In this document: in pieces, positions 18,693-30,869 of the stretch
How the letters are laid out: every line of letters starts with the position of its first letter
How positions within the stretch are numbered: the first letter of the stretch is position 1
NCBI GenBank assembly: GCA_963555825.3
Contig: CAUVXB020000002.1
Coordinates: 2,176,001 to 2,240,000, forward strand
Length of the DNA stretch: 64,000 nt
Direction: 5' to 3'
Source: Alphaproteobacteria bacterium
Lineage (GTDB): Bacteria; Pseudomonadota; Alphaproteobacteria; JAAXGF01
Notes under the pieces: generated by a model
What the model was told of the DNA's origin: nothing
The model's input: only the letters and a program-made list of their open reading frames with translations
The model's database searches: none
Position numbers and translations under genes: made by a program

Positions 18693-19862
18693 ATGCCCAG
18701 CGATCGTCTCGACACGATGCCCAACCCCGACCTCGTGGTCGGCGCGCAAGGCCGCGAAAGCTGGAACGTGGCGGAATGCCGCCGCGCCAGCTTTCACCGC
18801 CTGCACGCCATCGCGCGCTATGGCTTCAGCCTGCGCGCGCCCGACGTGCTGCGTCTTGGCAAGAACATCGACCGCCGCATCGCCGACATGCCGACGGTTC
18901 GCAAACTGACCGAGACGACCATCTTCTCGGCCATGGTCGTGCTGCGTGACACCACGGTGATCTTCGAGAAATACGCGCCTGATTTCGGCCCGACCGATGC
19001 CCACAGCGTGATGTCGATCAGCAAGACGGCGATCAACCTGATCTTCGGCAAACTGATCGACGACGGCCTGATCGACAGCGCGGCAACGGTCGGCGGGCAC
19101 CTGCCCGAGATCGGTACGGGCTACGCCCAAGCGACCATCCGAGACGTCCTCGACATGAACATCGTCAACGACTACACAGAGGACTATTCCGACCCCGAGA
19201 CGACGGCGCTGTTGCACGAGGCGGCGATGGGCTGGCGCCTGTTCCCGGCCGGCACGAGCGACATCACCGACCGCGAGTTCCTGTGCACCATCGCCAGCGA
19301 CGATCTGGTCAACCGTTCGGGCGAGCCGCAGTACAAATCGGCCAACACCGACGTGCTGGGTTGGATCGCCGAGCGCGTCAGCGGGCGCGGCCTGCGCGAC
19401 CACTTCATCGATATCGTCGAGGCCGCCGGGATCGAGGACACGTTCCACATGTCGACCGATCGCGCCGGCGTCGCCAACCTGAATGGCGGCATCTGCATGA
19501 CGGCGCGCGACCTGGCGCGGTATGGCCTGATCTTCGCGCGCGGCGGCATCGGCGTCCACGGCGAGACGGTCGGCAGTCGCGCCTTCATCGAGGCGACGCG
19601 GGCCGGTCGGGGGCCGCGCTATCCGGCGCCGCACGACCATGTGTACTATTGCAACCAAATGCGCAGCGACGGCCGCTGGATCGGCCATGGCGGCTGGGGC
19701 GGTCAGTTCCTGCTGATCGATCCGGACACGCGCGTCGTCGTCGTGTTCTTCAGCGTCTTGGAGAACGAAGACGCGTCGGACTGGGATTATCAGCTCGAAA
19801 CGATCGCCATGGCCGAGGCGATCACGCGGCTCGCGTTCGACGACGAGAGCGCTTGGCTCTAG
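18693..19862 (+). CDS. Serine hydrolase, beta-lactamase family (6-aminohexanoate-dimer hydrolase-like)
   Basis: SxxK (SISK), YKSANTDVLGW, HGGWGGQ. Confidence 0.85.
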   Translation: MPSDRLDTMPNPDLVVGAQGRESWNVAECRRASFHRLHAIARYGFSLRAPDVLRLGKNIDRRIADMPTVRKLTETTIFSAMVVLRDTTVIFEKYAPDFGPTDAHSVMSISKTAINLIFGKLIDDGLIDSAATVGGHLPEIGTGYAQATIRDVLDMNIVNDYTEDYSDPETTALLHEAAMGWRLFPAGTSDITDREFLCTIASDDLVNRSGEPQYKSANTDVLGWIAERVSGRGLRDHFIDIVEAAGIEDTFHMSTDRAGVANLNGGICMTARDLARYGLIFARGGIGVHGETVGSRAFIEATRAGRGPRYPAPHDHVYYCNQMRSDGRWIGHGGWGGQFLLIDPDTRVVVVFFSVLENEDASDWDYQLETIAMAEAITRLAFDDESAWL

Positions 19863-20134
19863 CCCGGATTTCTCACCAAGGACAGGCGCGTCATCGCGTC
19901 GGGCGGTCGCCGATCCGCCAGGAGAAGGCCGCGGAGCGTAGCCTGGGCTACGCGCAAGGCCTTCGACGCCGCGCACGCCCCGCCCGGCGCGACCCGAAGG
20001 GCGGCGGATCTCGGAAGACAGGCGGCGTCAAAGCGTTTGCCCGATGCGCGAGCATCGTGGCCCGCGCGCCTTTCCTAGCCTGTCGTCCGATATCCGCCGT
20101 GCCGCACCCGTCCTTGGTGAGAAAGCCGGGCTAG
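19859..20134. mobile_element. 276-bp MITE copy 1, CTAG-flanked
   Basis: TIR CTAGCCCGGATTTCTCACCAAGGAC / GTCCTTGGTGAGAAAGCCGGGCTAG; homologous copy at 36001-36276. Confidence 0.85.
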
Positions 20135-21306
20135 CGGTACGGATCGGCGGCGTCGCGCAGGCCGTCGCCGAAGAAGTTGAAGGCGAGCACGATGATGATG
20201 ACCGGCGCGACCGGCAGCATGAGCCAGGGATAGAGCGCGACGACGTTGATGTTCTGCGCCTCGTTCAACAGCACGCCCCAGCTGGTGATCGGCGGGCGCA
20301 GGCCGAGCCCGAGGAATGACAGCGCCGTCTCGCCGAGGATCATCGACGGGATCGACAGCGTGGCGCTCGCGATCAGGTGGCTCAGAAAACTCGGCAAGAG
20401 GTGACGGCCGATGACGCGCGACGGCGAGGCGCCCATCAGCACGGCGGCGGTCGCGAAATCTTCCTCGCGCAGCGCCAAGAGCTTCGAGCGCACCGCGCGC
20501 GCCAATCCCGTCCAGTCCAGCAGCCCGAGGATCACGGTGATGCCGAAGTAGATCAGGATCGGGTTCCAGGTCACCGGCAGCGCCGCCGAGAGCGCCATCC
20601 AGAGCGGCAGCTCCGGGAAGCTCCGGATGATCTCGATGAGGCGCTGCGCGACGGTATCGACCCAGCCGCCGTAATAGCCCGACACACCGCCGATGACGAT
20701 GCCCAGCGTGAAACTGATGATGATGCCGAACAGGCCGACGGTCAGCGAGATGCGCGTGCCGTAGATGATGCGCGACAGCATGTCGCGGCCCAACCGGTCG
20801 GTGCCGAACAGGAACAACTCGCCGCCCTCGGCCGGGCAGATCAGGTGAACGTCGCTCTCGAACAGGCCCCAGAAGGTGTAGCCGTCGCCCCGGCAGAAGA
20901 AGCGCAGCGGCTGAACCTTGTCCGGATTGGGCGTGTAGACGCGGCGAAAATCGGTCATGTCGAGGTAGTAGTCGAAGCCGTGGACGAACGGCCCGACAAA
21001 GCTGCCGTCGTGGAACAGATTTAGCGTCTGCGGTGGCGCGTAGATGAAATCGGTGTGCCGCGTGTGCAGGTTGTAGGGCGCCAGGAACTCGCTGATCAGG
21101 ATCGAAAAGTAGAGCGTGACCAGGACGGCGCCCGAGATGACCGCGATACGGTGGCGTCTGAGCTTGAACCACATCAGCGTCCATTGCGACGCCATGTAGT
21201 AACGCTCCTGCTCGGGCGTCAGCTGCTCGACCGCGTAGGGGTCGAACGGTTCGCGCGAGACGACGTGCTCGATTTCGGGCAACGAGGATTTGGTCGCGTC
21301 GGTCAT
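20131..21306 (-). CDS. Peptide/nickel-type ABC transporter permease (OppC/DppC-like)
   Basis: FGTDRLGRD, ETALSFLGLG, FFGDGLRDAADP. Confidence 0.92.
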   Translation of the reverse strand: MTDATKSSLPEIEHVVSREPFDPYAVEQLTPEQERYYMASQWTLMWFKLRRHRIAVISGAVLVTLYFSILISEFLAPYNLHTRHTDFIYAPPQTLNLFHDGSFVGPFVHGFDYYLDMTDFRRVYTPNPDKVQPLRFFCRGDGYTFWGLFESDVHLICPAEGGELFLFGTDRLGRDMLSRIIYGTRISLTVGLFGIIISFTLGIVIGGVSGYYGGWVDTVAQRLIEIIRSFPELPLWMALSAALPVTWNPILIYFGITVILGLLDWTGLARAVRSKLLALREEDFATAAVLMGASPSRVIGRHLLPSFLSHLIASATLSIPSMILGETALSFLGLGLRPPITSWGVLLNEAQNINVVALYPWLMLPVAPVIIIVLAFNFFGDGLRDAADPYR

Positions 21307-21307
21307 G

Positions 21308-22306
21308 TCAGCGCGAGACCCCGCCTTGGAGCCGGATGCGCGGGTCGAGCATGGCGAGCAGCAGGTCCGAGATGAACACGCCGATCACCGTCAGCGACGC
21401 CAGGAACATCAGGAACGAGCCGGCGAGATACATGTCCTGGGTGCGCAGCGCGTTGAGCAACATCGGTCCGGTGGTCGGCAGCGACAGCACGACAGAAACG
21501 ATCGCCGCGCCCGAGATGATCTGCGGCAGCAGCATGCCGATGTCGGCGATGAACGGGTTGAGCGACATGCGCAGTGGGTATTTGACCAACAGCTTGAACG
21601 GCGGCAGGCCCTTGGCGCGGCCGGTGATGACGTATTGCTTGTGCAGCTCGTCGAGCAAGTTGGCGCGCAGGCGCCGGATCATGCCGGCGGTGCCCGAGGT
21701 GCCGATGACGATGACTGGAATCCACAGATGCTCGAGCACCGACATCGCCTTGGACCAGCTCCACGCCTCTTCGAGGTACATCGGGTCCATCAGCCCGCCG
21801 ATCGAGGTGCCGAAGGTGACGTTGGCGAAATAGAGCAGCACCAGGGCGAGCAGGAAATTGGGCGTTGCCAGGCCAAGAAAGCCGATGAAGGTGAGGCCGT
21901 GGTCGGCCCAGCTGTATTGGTGCGTCGCCGAGTAGACACCGATCGGGAACGATACCGCCCAGGTGAACATGATGGTCGAGAACGCGACGATGAAGCTGAG
22001 CAACAGGCGGTCGCCGACCACGTCGGTGACCGGCAGGCTGAACTCGAACGAATAGCCAAAATCGCCCTGCAGCATGCCGAATACCCATAGCAGGTACTGC
22101 TCGTACATCGGCTTGTCGAAGCCGTACTGCTGGCGCAAGAACTCGATCTTGTCGAGGTTGACCCTCTCGCCCTGGGACTCGAGCTCGGCGATATAGGTGG
22201 TCAGATAATCGCCCGGCGGCAGCTGGATGATGACGAAGGTGATCAGGCTGATCGCCAACAGCGTCGGGATCATGATCAAGAGACGGTGGGTCGTGTATGC
22301 GAACAC
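21308..22306 (-). CDS. Peptide/nickel-type ABC transporter permease (OppB/DppB-like)
   Basis: GDFGYSF, GRAKGL, SDLLLAMLDPRIR. Confidence 0.92.
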   Translation of the reverse strand: MFAYTTHRLLIMIPTLLAISLITFVIIQLPPGDYLTTYIAELESQGERVNLDKIEFLRQQYGFDKPMYEQYLLWVFGMLQGDFGYSFEFSLPVTDVVGDRLLLSFIVAFSTIMFTWAVSFPIGVYSATHQYSWADHGLTFIGFLGLATPNFLLALVLLYFANVTFGTSIGGLMDPMYLEEAWSWSKAMSVLEHLWIPVIVIGTSGTAGMIRRLRANLLDELHKQYVITGRAKGLPPFKLLVKYPLRMSLNPFIADIGMLLPQIISGAAIVSVVLSLPTTGPMLLNALRTQDMYLAGSFLMFLASLTVIGVFISDLLLAMLDPRIRLQGGVSR

Positions 22307-22321
22307 CCGGGGCGGCCTCGC

Positions 22322-24291
22322 TCAGCCCGACGTATCGGCGGCGCCGTCGGGCGCGAACCAGAACGTCTCGGGCCGATACATGCCGAAGTGCGAGCCCGGG
22401 TCCCAATTGTAGATCCCTTCGGGCGGCACGTTTCGCATGCGGTTGCTGACCACCACCGGCTGGGGAATGCCGCTGACCAGGCCGATGGTGAAGACCTGCT
22501 CGGCGTGAATTTCGAGCATGCGCCGCCAGATCGCGGCGCGCTGGTCGCGCGAGCTTGCGCCGAGCCAGGCCTCGTGCAGGTCGGCGAGCTCGAGCGCCGC
22601 GTCGAGATCGACCGGCTCGCCCGAACGGCCGCCGGTCTCGTAATACTGGCCCCACATCGGCCAGTGATAGCCGTGTTGCGAGGTCGGCGCCAGCTCGTGC
22701 GGGCTCATGTCGGCGGTCGGCACGCCGTTTTCGTAACCGAACCAGATCGCCATCTGGGTCTGGCCGGCGAAAATGCGGTTGCGGAACACCTCGCGCTGCG
22801 ACGGCCTGGTGTAGAGCTTGATGCCGGCTTGCAGCCAGCTGTCGTGAATCAGTTCGAGGACGTCGGTCTGCTCGGTGTCCTCGCCGGCGGTCTCGACGAT
22901 GATCTCGAGCGACCGGCCGTCGGGCAGCAGGCGCACGCCGCGGTCGTCGCGCTCGGTCAGCCCGATCTCGTCCAACAGCACGTTGGCGGCTTCGACGTCG
23001 AGCTCGGCCCAGGCCGAGCGGTACTCGGCCCTGAACAGCGGGCTCAATGGCAGCACCGTGTTGTTGCCCTCGATGCCCAGCCCGTAATAGATCACCTGGT
23101 TGATCTCGTGCCGGTTGATCGCCATCGACAGCGCGCGGCGAAAGCGCAAGTCGCGCATCAGGGCGCGCCACACCGGGTCGGTGACGTTGAGATTGGGGTA
23201 GAGCGCAAGCTGCGAGCCGCGCACCGTGCGCCACAGCCGCACGCGATAGTCGTTGCGCTCCTCGCCGGCCTTGAGGAACGTGTAGTTGTTGAAGAACAGT
23301 CCGCGCGCCTGCAAATCGCTCTCGCCGGCGCCGGTCTTGGCCGGGATCAGCCGCGAGCTGCCGACGTCGAGCAGCACGCGGTCGATGTAGGGCAGCTGCC
23401 GCCCGACCGCGTCGATGCGGTGGAAATAGGGGTTGCGCACGGCCACGAAGCGCGTCGCCGGCTGCACCGTCGTGTTCATCCAGGGCTGCAGCGTCGGCAG
23501 CGCCGGATTGTCGAAGCGGTACATGTTGTCCTTGGAATTGTGCAGTGCCGCCCAGTTGTGCTTGCCGGTCTCCTCGGCCTGCGCCTCGAGCGCCGCCGGG
23601 TCGGTATAGGCGATGTGAAACTGCTTGAGGTAATGCGCCGGGCGAAAGATGAACAGCGGCGAGGCGCCGGCCAACGCGGGCAGGAAGTTCGGGTTGGGCT
23701 TCGACCAAGTGAACCGTACCGTGGTCGCGTCGACAACCTCGAACTTGGGCGGCTTGCTGTCGATCAGCATGATCTTGGGCGGACCCGACGGCGCCAAGAG
23801 CTCGTTGTTGGCGACGTCCTCCCAGTAATAGCGGAAGTCCTCGGCGGTGAACGGTTGGCCGTCCGACCAGCGGTGACCGGCGCGCAGCGACAGCGTGAAG
23901 ACGCGCGAGTCGACGATCTCGATGCTCTTGAGGATGTCCGGCTCGAACTCGAACGTCTCGTTGTAGCAGACCAGCCGCGCATAACCGTAGACGACCAGAA
24001 GGCGCACGTCTTTCGTGCGGCCGACCAACATGTGCCAGTCGCCGCCATACTCGCCCAGGCTGCGCGCATCGCCGGGCGGCACGACCAGCGGCTCGGCCGG
24101 CAGACGTTCGGTGACCGGCGGCAATTCGCCGGCGCCGACCGGTTCGCTCAGCGCGGGCGGCTCGACGAACGCATCCGGCACGCCGGCGGCCGGCAATTCG
24201 AGGACCACCGTGCCGGCCGCCGCGGGCAGCGCGGCGAGCAGCAATGCGCCGAGTGCCGCGAGGCCCAGCCGGCGGTAACGGCGGCGTGCGC

Positions 24292-24295
<4 letters not shown>
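22322..24295 (-). CDS. ABC transporter substrate-binding protein, family 5
   Basis: Signal peptide; LPPVTERLP, RWSDGQPFTAED, RNPYF, QLPYID. Confidence 0.92.
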
Positions 24296-26171
<1,876 letters not shown>

Positions 26172-26175
<4 letters not shown>

Positions 26176-26672
26176 TTGGAGTCCGGCGCGGGCTCGACGG
26201 CGTCCAGGCCGAGCGCCGTCAAATTGATGGCAGTCGAATCGCCCAGCGCAACACTATTGGCGCGCGCCGCGGACAGCGCGCGCCCGACAATCTGCGAGAA
26301 ATCGCCGATCGTCGAATCGAGCCTAAACGTGCGGCCCGACCCGCTGAGCTTCAGTTGCATCCATCCTCCCTGCCGATCTTTTTTCGTTGAATAATACCTG
26401 AGGGTCATAGCGTTAAGGTCCCGCCAACGCAACAAGCCTCCAGCGGGACCCGTCACCTCGATCGCTTCGTCGGAAATCTCCACGCTCGACAGATGATGGA
26501 GAATCGTTCGCAACCCATACAAGGCGAATAATGAGGCAAGCGCGACCAGGATGTAAACCACTACGGGCACGGCATCGGCCAGGACGATCGGCCCGACCGT
26601 GCAGGCGAGGCCGGCGGCGGCGCGGGTATAATCGGCGGCGAGCGCGCCAAGCGGATAACTGTGCCGGCTCAT
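26172..26672 (-). CDS. Hypothetical membrane protein
   Basis: Two N-terminal hydrophobic segments; overlaps the next gene start; lies within the operon. Confidence 0.7.
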
Positions 26673-26744
26673 GACACCGCGTCGTGACCCGCGTCGCGCC
26701 TTCGGTCCGGCGCGTCGTTCAGACCATGCCAGTCGGTCATTTGC

Positions 26745-27890
26745 TCACTCCGCCCACTCGGCGATCAACGCGGCGCTCCGCGCCGCGCCGTCGATTGCGA
26801 TAGCGCCCGAGCCGGGCCGTGGCGCCGCCAGCGCCGTGTCGACGGCCGCGGCGAGCCCGGCCGCGGTGAGATCGTGCTCGTCAACCACGCGCGCCAAACC
26901 CATTGCCGCCAGACGCGCGGTACGCAGCGCCTGCTCGGTCTGCCCGCCGCGCGCGAACGGCACCAGGATCGTCCGGACGCGCGCCTGCATGAGGTCGACG
27001 ACGGTATTGTATCCAGCCTGGGAAATCGACACAGCGCAATTCGCCAGCAGATCGGCGAAATCGGGCCGCGCCGGCTCGACGACGACGCCGTCGGGCGGCC
27101 GCGCCGCCAGACGGGCGAAATCCGCCGCCGGCAGGTTGGCGCCGGCAAGCAGGCGCCAGCGCTTGTCCGCCGCGCCGGTCGATATTGCGCGCGCCTCGAT
27201 CGCGGCCGCCATCAGCGCCGTGCCGACGGCGCCGCCGCCGGCCGAAACGACGACCTCGTCCCAACCGTCGTCGCCCGGGCGACCGCGCCGGCCCGCGGCG
27301 GCGGCGACGTAGCCGGTGTAGGCGATCTGCTCGGCGATCTCGCCGGCCGCCGGAAAGCTGTCGTCGAAGCACACGACCGCCGGGTCGCCATGCACCAGGA
27401 CAGCGTCGAAATAGCGCCGCGCCCAAGCGGCCGCCTCGGCGGTGCGCTTGGGCGCCCGTGCGGTCAGGATGTCGCGCACCGACGAAATTATCCGTGGCCG
27501 GGGTGTCACTGCCTGTGCGGCGTCGAGCAGCGGCAGCAGCTCGAAGCGCATCTGGCGGCGGCCGAAGGGAAACATCTCGACTACCAGCACGTCGGGTGCG
27601 GCGGCGCGGAACAACGCCAAGAGCCGGTCGCGGCGGCGCGCGAGCCAGGCCTCGTCGACCTCGCTTCCGCCGGCGTCGACCAGACCCGAGAACGCCGCGT
27701 CGTGGCTCTTGAGCGGCGGCAGCTGGACGAGCGTCGCATCGCCGACGTCGAGACCGTCGACCGGCACGCCGCCGCTCGCCAGCGTGACCTCGAGACCGAG
27801 TTCGGCGCTGGCGCGCGCAATGATGGCGGCGCGCTTCAAGTGGCCGGTCCCCAGCAGGTGTTGGACGTAGATCAGCACGCGGCGCGTCAT
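26745..27890 (-). CDS. Predicted glycosyltransferase (GT28 C-terminal-like)
   Basis: YVQHLLGTGH, VSAGGGAVG, SQAGYNT; start MTRRVLIY lies inside the longer ORF. Confidence 0.85.
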   Translation of the reverse strand: MTRRVLIYVQHLLGTGHLKRAAIIARASAELGLEVTLASGGVPVDGLDVGDATLVQLPPLKSHDAAFSGLVDAGGSEVDEAWLARRRDRLLALFRAAAPDVLVVEMFPFGRRQMRFELLPLLDAAQAVTPRPRIISSVRDILTARAPKRTAEAAAWARRYFDAVLVHGDPAVVCFDDSFPAAGEIAEQIAYTGYVAAAAGRRGRPGDDGWDEVVVSAGGGAVGTALMAAAIEARAISTGAADKRWRLLAGANLPAADFARLAARPPDGVVVEPARPDFADLLANCAVSISQAGYNTVVDLMQARVRTILVPFARGGQTEQALRTARLAAMGLARVVDEHDLTAAGLAAAVDTALAAPRPGSGAIAIDGAARSAALIAEWAE

Positions 27891-28477
27891 GGCGCGCCGA
27901 GTGGCAGGTTGAGCGCCACGACGGTGGGCGTGCCGTCGGCGGCGAGGCCGAACAGATGGGCGCGGTCCCAGGCGAGCCGCGCCGGTGGGTCGACGGTCAT
28001 GTCCCAACGAGTGGCCAGCGCGTAAAGCGCGCGGATGACGCCCTTGTGGCTGACCACGGCAACCGGGCGCCCGGCGCGCGCCAGTTCGGCCAGCCAGGGC
28101 GCGAGCCGCGCCTGGACGTCGCGTGGGCTCTCGCCGCCGTCGGGCCTGAAGTCGAGGCCGCGCGCCTCGTTCTCGGTCATCGCCGCGCCCAGCTCGGCGC
28201 GCAGCTCGGCGAGCCGGCGACCTTCCCATGCGCCCCAGTCCATTTCGATCAAGCGCGGTTCGGTGGCGCAGTCGCGGGCCCCCATGAGCCGCGCCGTCTC
28301 GCGCGCCCGCCCGAGTGGGCTCGACAGCCAGCCGACGGCGCCCAGCTCGGGCGGCAGGCGCCAGCCGGCGGCGGCGCTGCGGCCAGCGGCGCTCAACGGC
28401 TCGTCGGCGTGGCCCTGGATGCGGCCCGCTTCGTTCCACGCCGTCGGCGCGTGGCGGATCATGGCGAGCCGGGTCAT
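27887..28477 (-). CDS. Histidine phosphatase family protein
   Basis: RHAPTAWN, RIQG, GGES, VSHKGVIR. Confidence 0.88.
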   Translation of the reverse strand: MTRLAMIRHAPTAWNEAGRIQGHADEPLSAAGRSAAAGWRLPPELGAVGWLSSPLGRARETARLMGARDCATEPRLIEMDWGAWEGRRLAELRAELGAAMTENEARGLDFRPDGGESPRDVQARLAPWLAELARAGRPVAVVSHKGVIRALYALATRWDMTVDPPARLAWDRAHLFGLAADGTPTVVALNLPLGAP

Positions 28478-29616
28478 CGCGCCGTCCGGGCAACGGCGAG
28501 CGCAACGGCGAGCGTCGCGCTGGCGGCCGCCATGCCGTGATCGCGTGCGATGCGGTCGGCGGCGTTGGCGCCGAGGCGCGCGCGCAGGCTCGGGTCGGCA
28601 AGCAACGCACGGAGCTGCTCGGCGAACGCCGCGTCATCACCGGGCGGTGTCAGAAAGCCGGTTTCGCCATCGACGACGATGTCGACGACGCCGCGCACCC
28701 GGCCGGCGACGACCGGCGTGCCGGCGGCCTGCGCCTCGAGCAAGGCGAGACCGTAGGCCTCGTTGACCGCCGGCCAGGCGACGATGTCGGCGGCGGCGTA
28801 AAGCGCCGGCATCGCGTCCGGGTTGCGTTCGCCGGCGTCGGCAACGCGTCTCGGGCCGAGCGCGTCGAGCGCTGCGACGACCTCGCCGCGCGCCGGGCCG
28901 TCGCCGACCACGACGAGGCGCCACGCGATGTCGCCGAGATGACCGAGTGCGGCGGCCAGGCGGCGATACGAGGCGAGCTTGTCGCCCGGTCGCATCATGC
29001 CGACGGCGAGCAGCCAGGGCGCGTCGGTGTCGAGGCCGAGCTCGGCGGCAAGGTGCATCCGGTGCGCCGTGCGATCGGCACGCGCCGCTTCGAATGGCGC
29101 CGGGTCGAGGAAGGGCTTGAGCGCAATCAGGCGCTCGGGCGCGCCGACCAGGGGGCGCAGGCAGGCGACGTCGTCGCTGTTGACGGTCAGCACCGCATCG
29201 GCGCCGGCGATCGCGGCGGCGGCGGCGGCGTGGCCGGCGGCCCAGAGTCCGTCGACTTGTTTCGGCGCCGACGACGCCTCGGCGACCAGATAGGGGATGT
29301 CGAGCGCCGCGCTCACCGCCGGACCGAGCCAATCGGGCGCCTTGTGGTAGAGGTGATAGGTGAACCACGCCTCGGGCCGCGTGGCCGAAGCCGTGTAGCG
29401 CTCGATCAGCGCAGCCGCCTCGGCTTCGCCGCGCGCGCGTATGCCGGCTTGCCGCGCGGCGTCGCCGGCGCCTTCGAAGCTGCGCAGTGTGGAGGCGACG
29501 TCGACCTCGTGGCCGGCGGCGCGGAGCGCGGCGACGATCAGGCCGGCCATGCGGCGGTCGCCCGACGGCACCGGGTGGCTCGGCGCCTTGAGCGGGGCAT
29601 AGAAGGCGATGCGCAT
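28474..29616 (-). CDS. Glycosyltransferase family 4
   Basis: PSGDRRM, EAYGLALLEAQAAG. Confidence 0.9.
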   Translation of the reverse strand: MRIAFYAPLKAPSHPVPSGDRRMAGLIVAALRAAGHEVDVASTLRSFEGAGDAARQAGIRARGEAEAAALIERYTASATRPEAWFTYHLYHKAPDWLGPAVSAALDIPYLVAEASSAPKQVDGLWAAGHAAAAAAIAGADAVLTVNSDDVACLRPLVGAPERLIALKPFLDPAPFEAARADRTAHRMHLAAELGLDTDAPWLLAVGMMRPGDKLASYRRLAAALGHLGDIAWRLVVVGDGPARGEVVAALDALGPRRVADAGERNPDAMPALYAAADIVAWPAVNEAYGLALLEAQAAGTPVVAGRVRGVVDIVVDGETGFLTPPGDDAAFAEQLRALLADPSLRARLGANAADRIARDHGMAAASATLAVALAVARTAR

Positions 29617-29634
29617 GGCGGCTCCGTTGCCCCG

Positions 29635-30861
29635 TCAGCCGACGAGCCCGAACTTCGCCGCCAGCCGAACGATGCCGTCGCGCATGGCGAAACGTTCGCG
29701 CACCCGCGCCTCGCCCGCCGCGCCGAGCTCGGCGCGCCGCGCCGGATCGCCGATCAACGCAACCAGCGCAGTGCCCAGCGCGGCACGGTCGCGCGGCTCG
29801 ACGAGGCGGCCGGTGACGCCGTCCTCGATTAGCTCGGGTACCGCCGAGACCCGCGTCGCGAGCACGGCGAGCCCCTGGGACTGGGCCTCCATCAACACGT
29901 TGGGCAGGCCGTCGCGGTCGCCGTCATCGGCGATCCGGCTGGCGAGCACGAAGAGGTCGGCGGCGCGGTAGTTGCGCAGCACGACGTCTTGCGGCTGGGC
30001 GCCAAGCCAGTCGATCCGGCCATCGAGGCCGGCGGCGCGCGCTGCGCGCTCGAGTGTCTCGTGCAGCGGGCCATCGCCGATGTGAACCAACCGCCAGTGG
30101 AGATCGTCGGGCAGCGATGCCAGTGCGGCGATAAGATCGTCGTAGCCTTTCTTGACCACCGCGCGCCCGACCGAGAGCAGGATGACGGGGTCATTCGGGT
30201 TGCTGCCGTCGCGCGGCGGCCGCCGGCCGTCGGTGGGCGGAAAGCGGGCCAGATCGAGACCATGATAGGCGAGCTCGACACGGCCGGCCGGGGCAAGCGC
30301 GGCGAGATGATCGCGGTTGGTCGCCGTGCAGGTCACCAGCCAGTCGCAATCGGCGAGCTTTTCGGCCAGTTCCCATTCGGGCGAGGTCCAGATGTCCTTG
30401 GCATGCGCCGAGCAGCTCCATGGCAGACCGGCGATCGTTGCGGCGTAGCGCGTCACCGACGCCGGCGTATGCAGGAAATGCGCATGCAGGCGAACGGCAT
30501 CGGCCGGCGCTTCATGCGCCAGCACCAGCGCCTGGCCGAAGCGGCGCGCCCGATTGCGGCTGATGTCGCGCCGCAGGTCGCCGAGCCAGGCGCGCCGCGC
30601 CGCACGGTAGCCCGGCTTGCGGCGCATCGCCCGCCAGGCGCGCCACACCCGGCGCGGTTCGTCGCCGAGATATTCCGGCAGGTAGTTGACCGGCGCGACG
30701 ATTTCGCCGTGGATCGGATGGACATGAGCATCGGTCGGGTGGCGCAGCGAGGCAATCGTGATGTCGAGGCCGCGCTGCTCGAGGCCGCGAATCTCTTGTG
30801 CGATGAAAGTCTCTGAGAGACGCGGGTAGCCCTTCAGGACGAAGACGACCGGGCCGTCCAC
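29635..30861 (-). CDS. Glycosyltransferase family 4 (WcaL-like)
   Basis: YPRLSETFI, HAHF, DGDRDGLPNVLMEA. Confidence 0.9.
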   Translation of the reverse strand: MDGPVVFVLKGYPRLSETFIAQEIRGLEQRGLDITIASLRHPTDAHVHPIHGEIVAPVNYLPEYLGDEPRRVWRAWRAMRRKPGYRAARRAWLGDLRRDISRNRARRFGQALVLAHEAPADAVRLHAHFLHTPASVTRYAATIAGLPWSCSAHAKDIWTSPEWELAEKLADCDWLVTCTATNRDHLAALAPAGRVELAYHGLDLARFPPTDGRRPPRDGSNPNDPVILLSVGRAVVKKGYDDLIAALASLPDDLHWRLVHIGDGPLHETLERAARAAGLDGRIDWLGAQPQDVVLRNYRAADLFVLASRIADDGDRDGLPNVLMEAQSQGLAVLATRVSAVPELIEDGVTGRLVEPRDRAALGTALVALIGDPARRAELGAAGEARVRERFAMRDGIVRLAAKFGLVG

Positions 30862-30869
30862 CGAACCCC

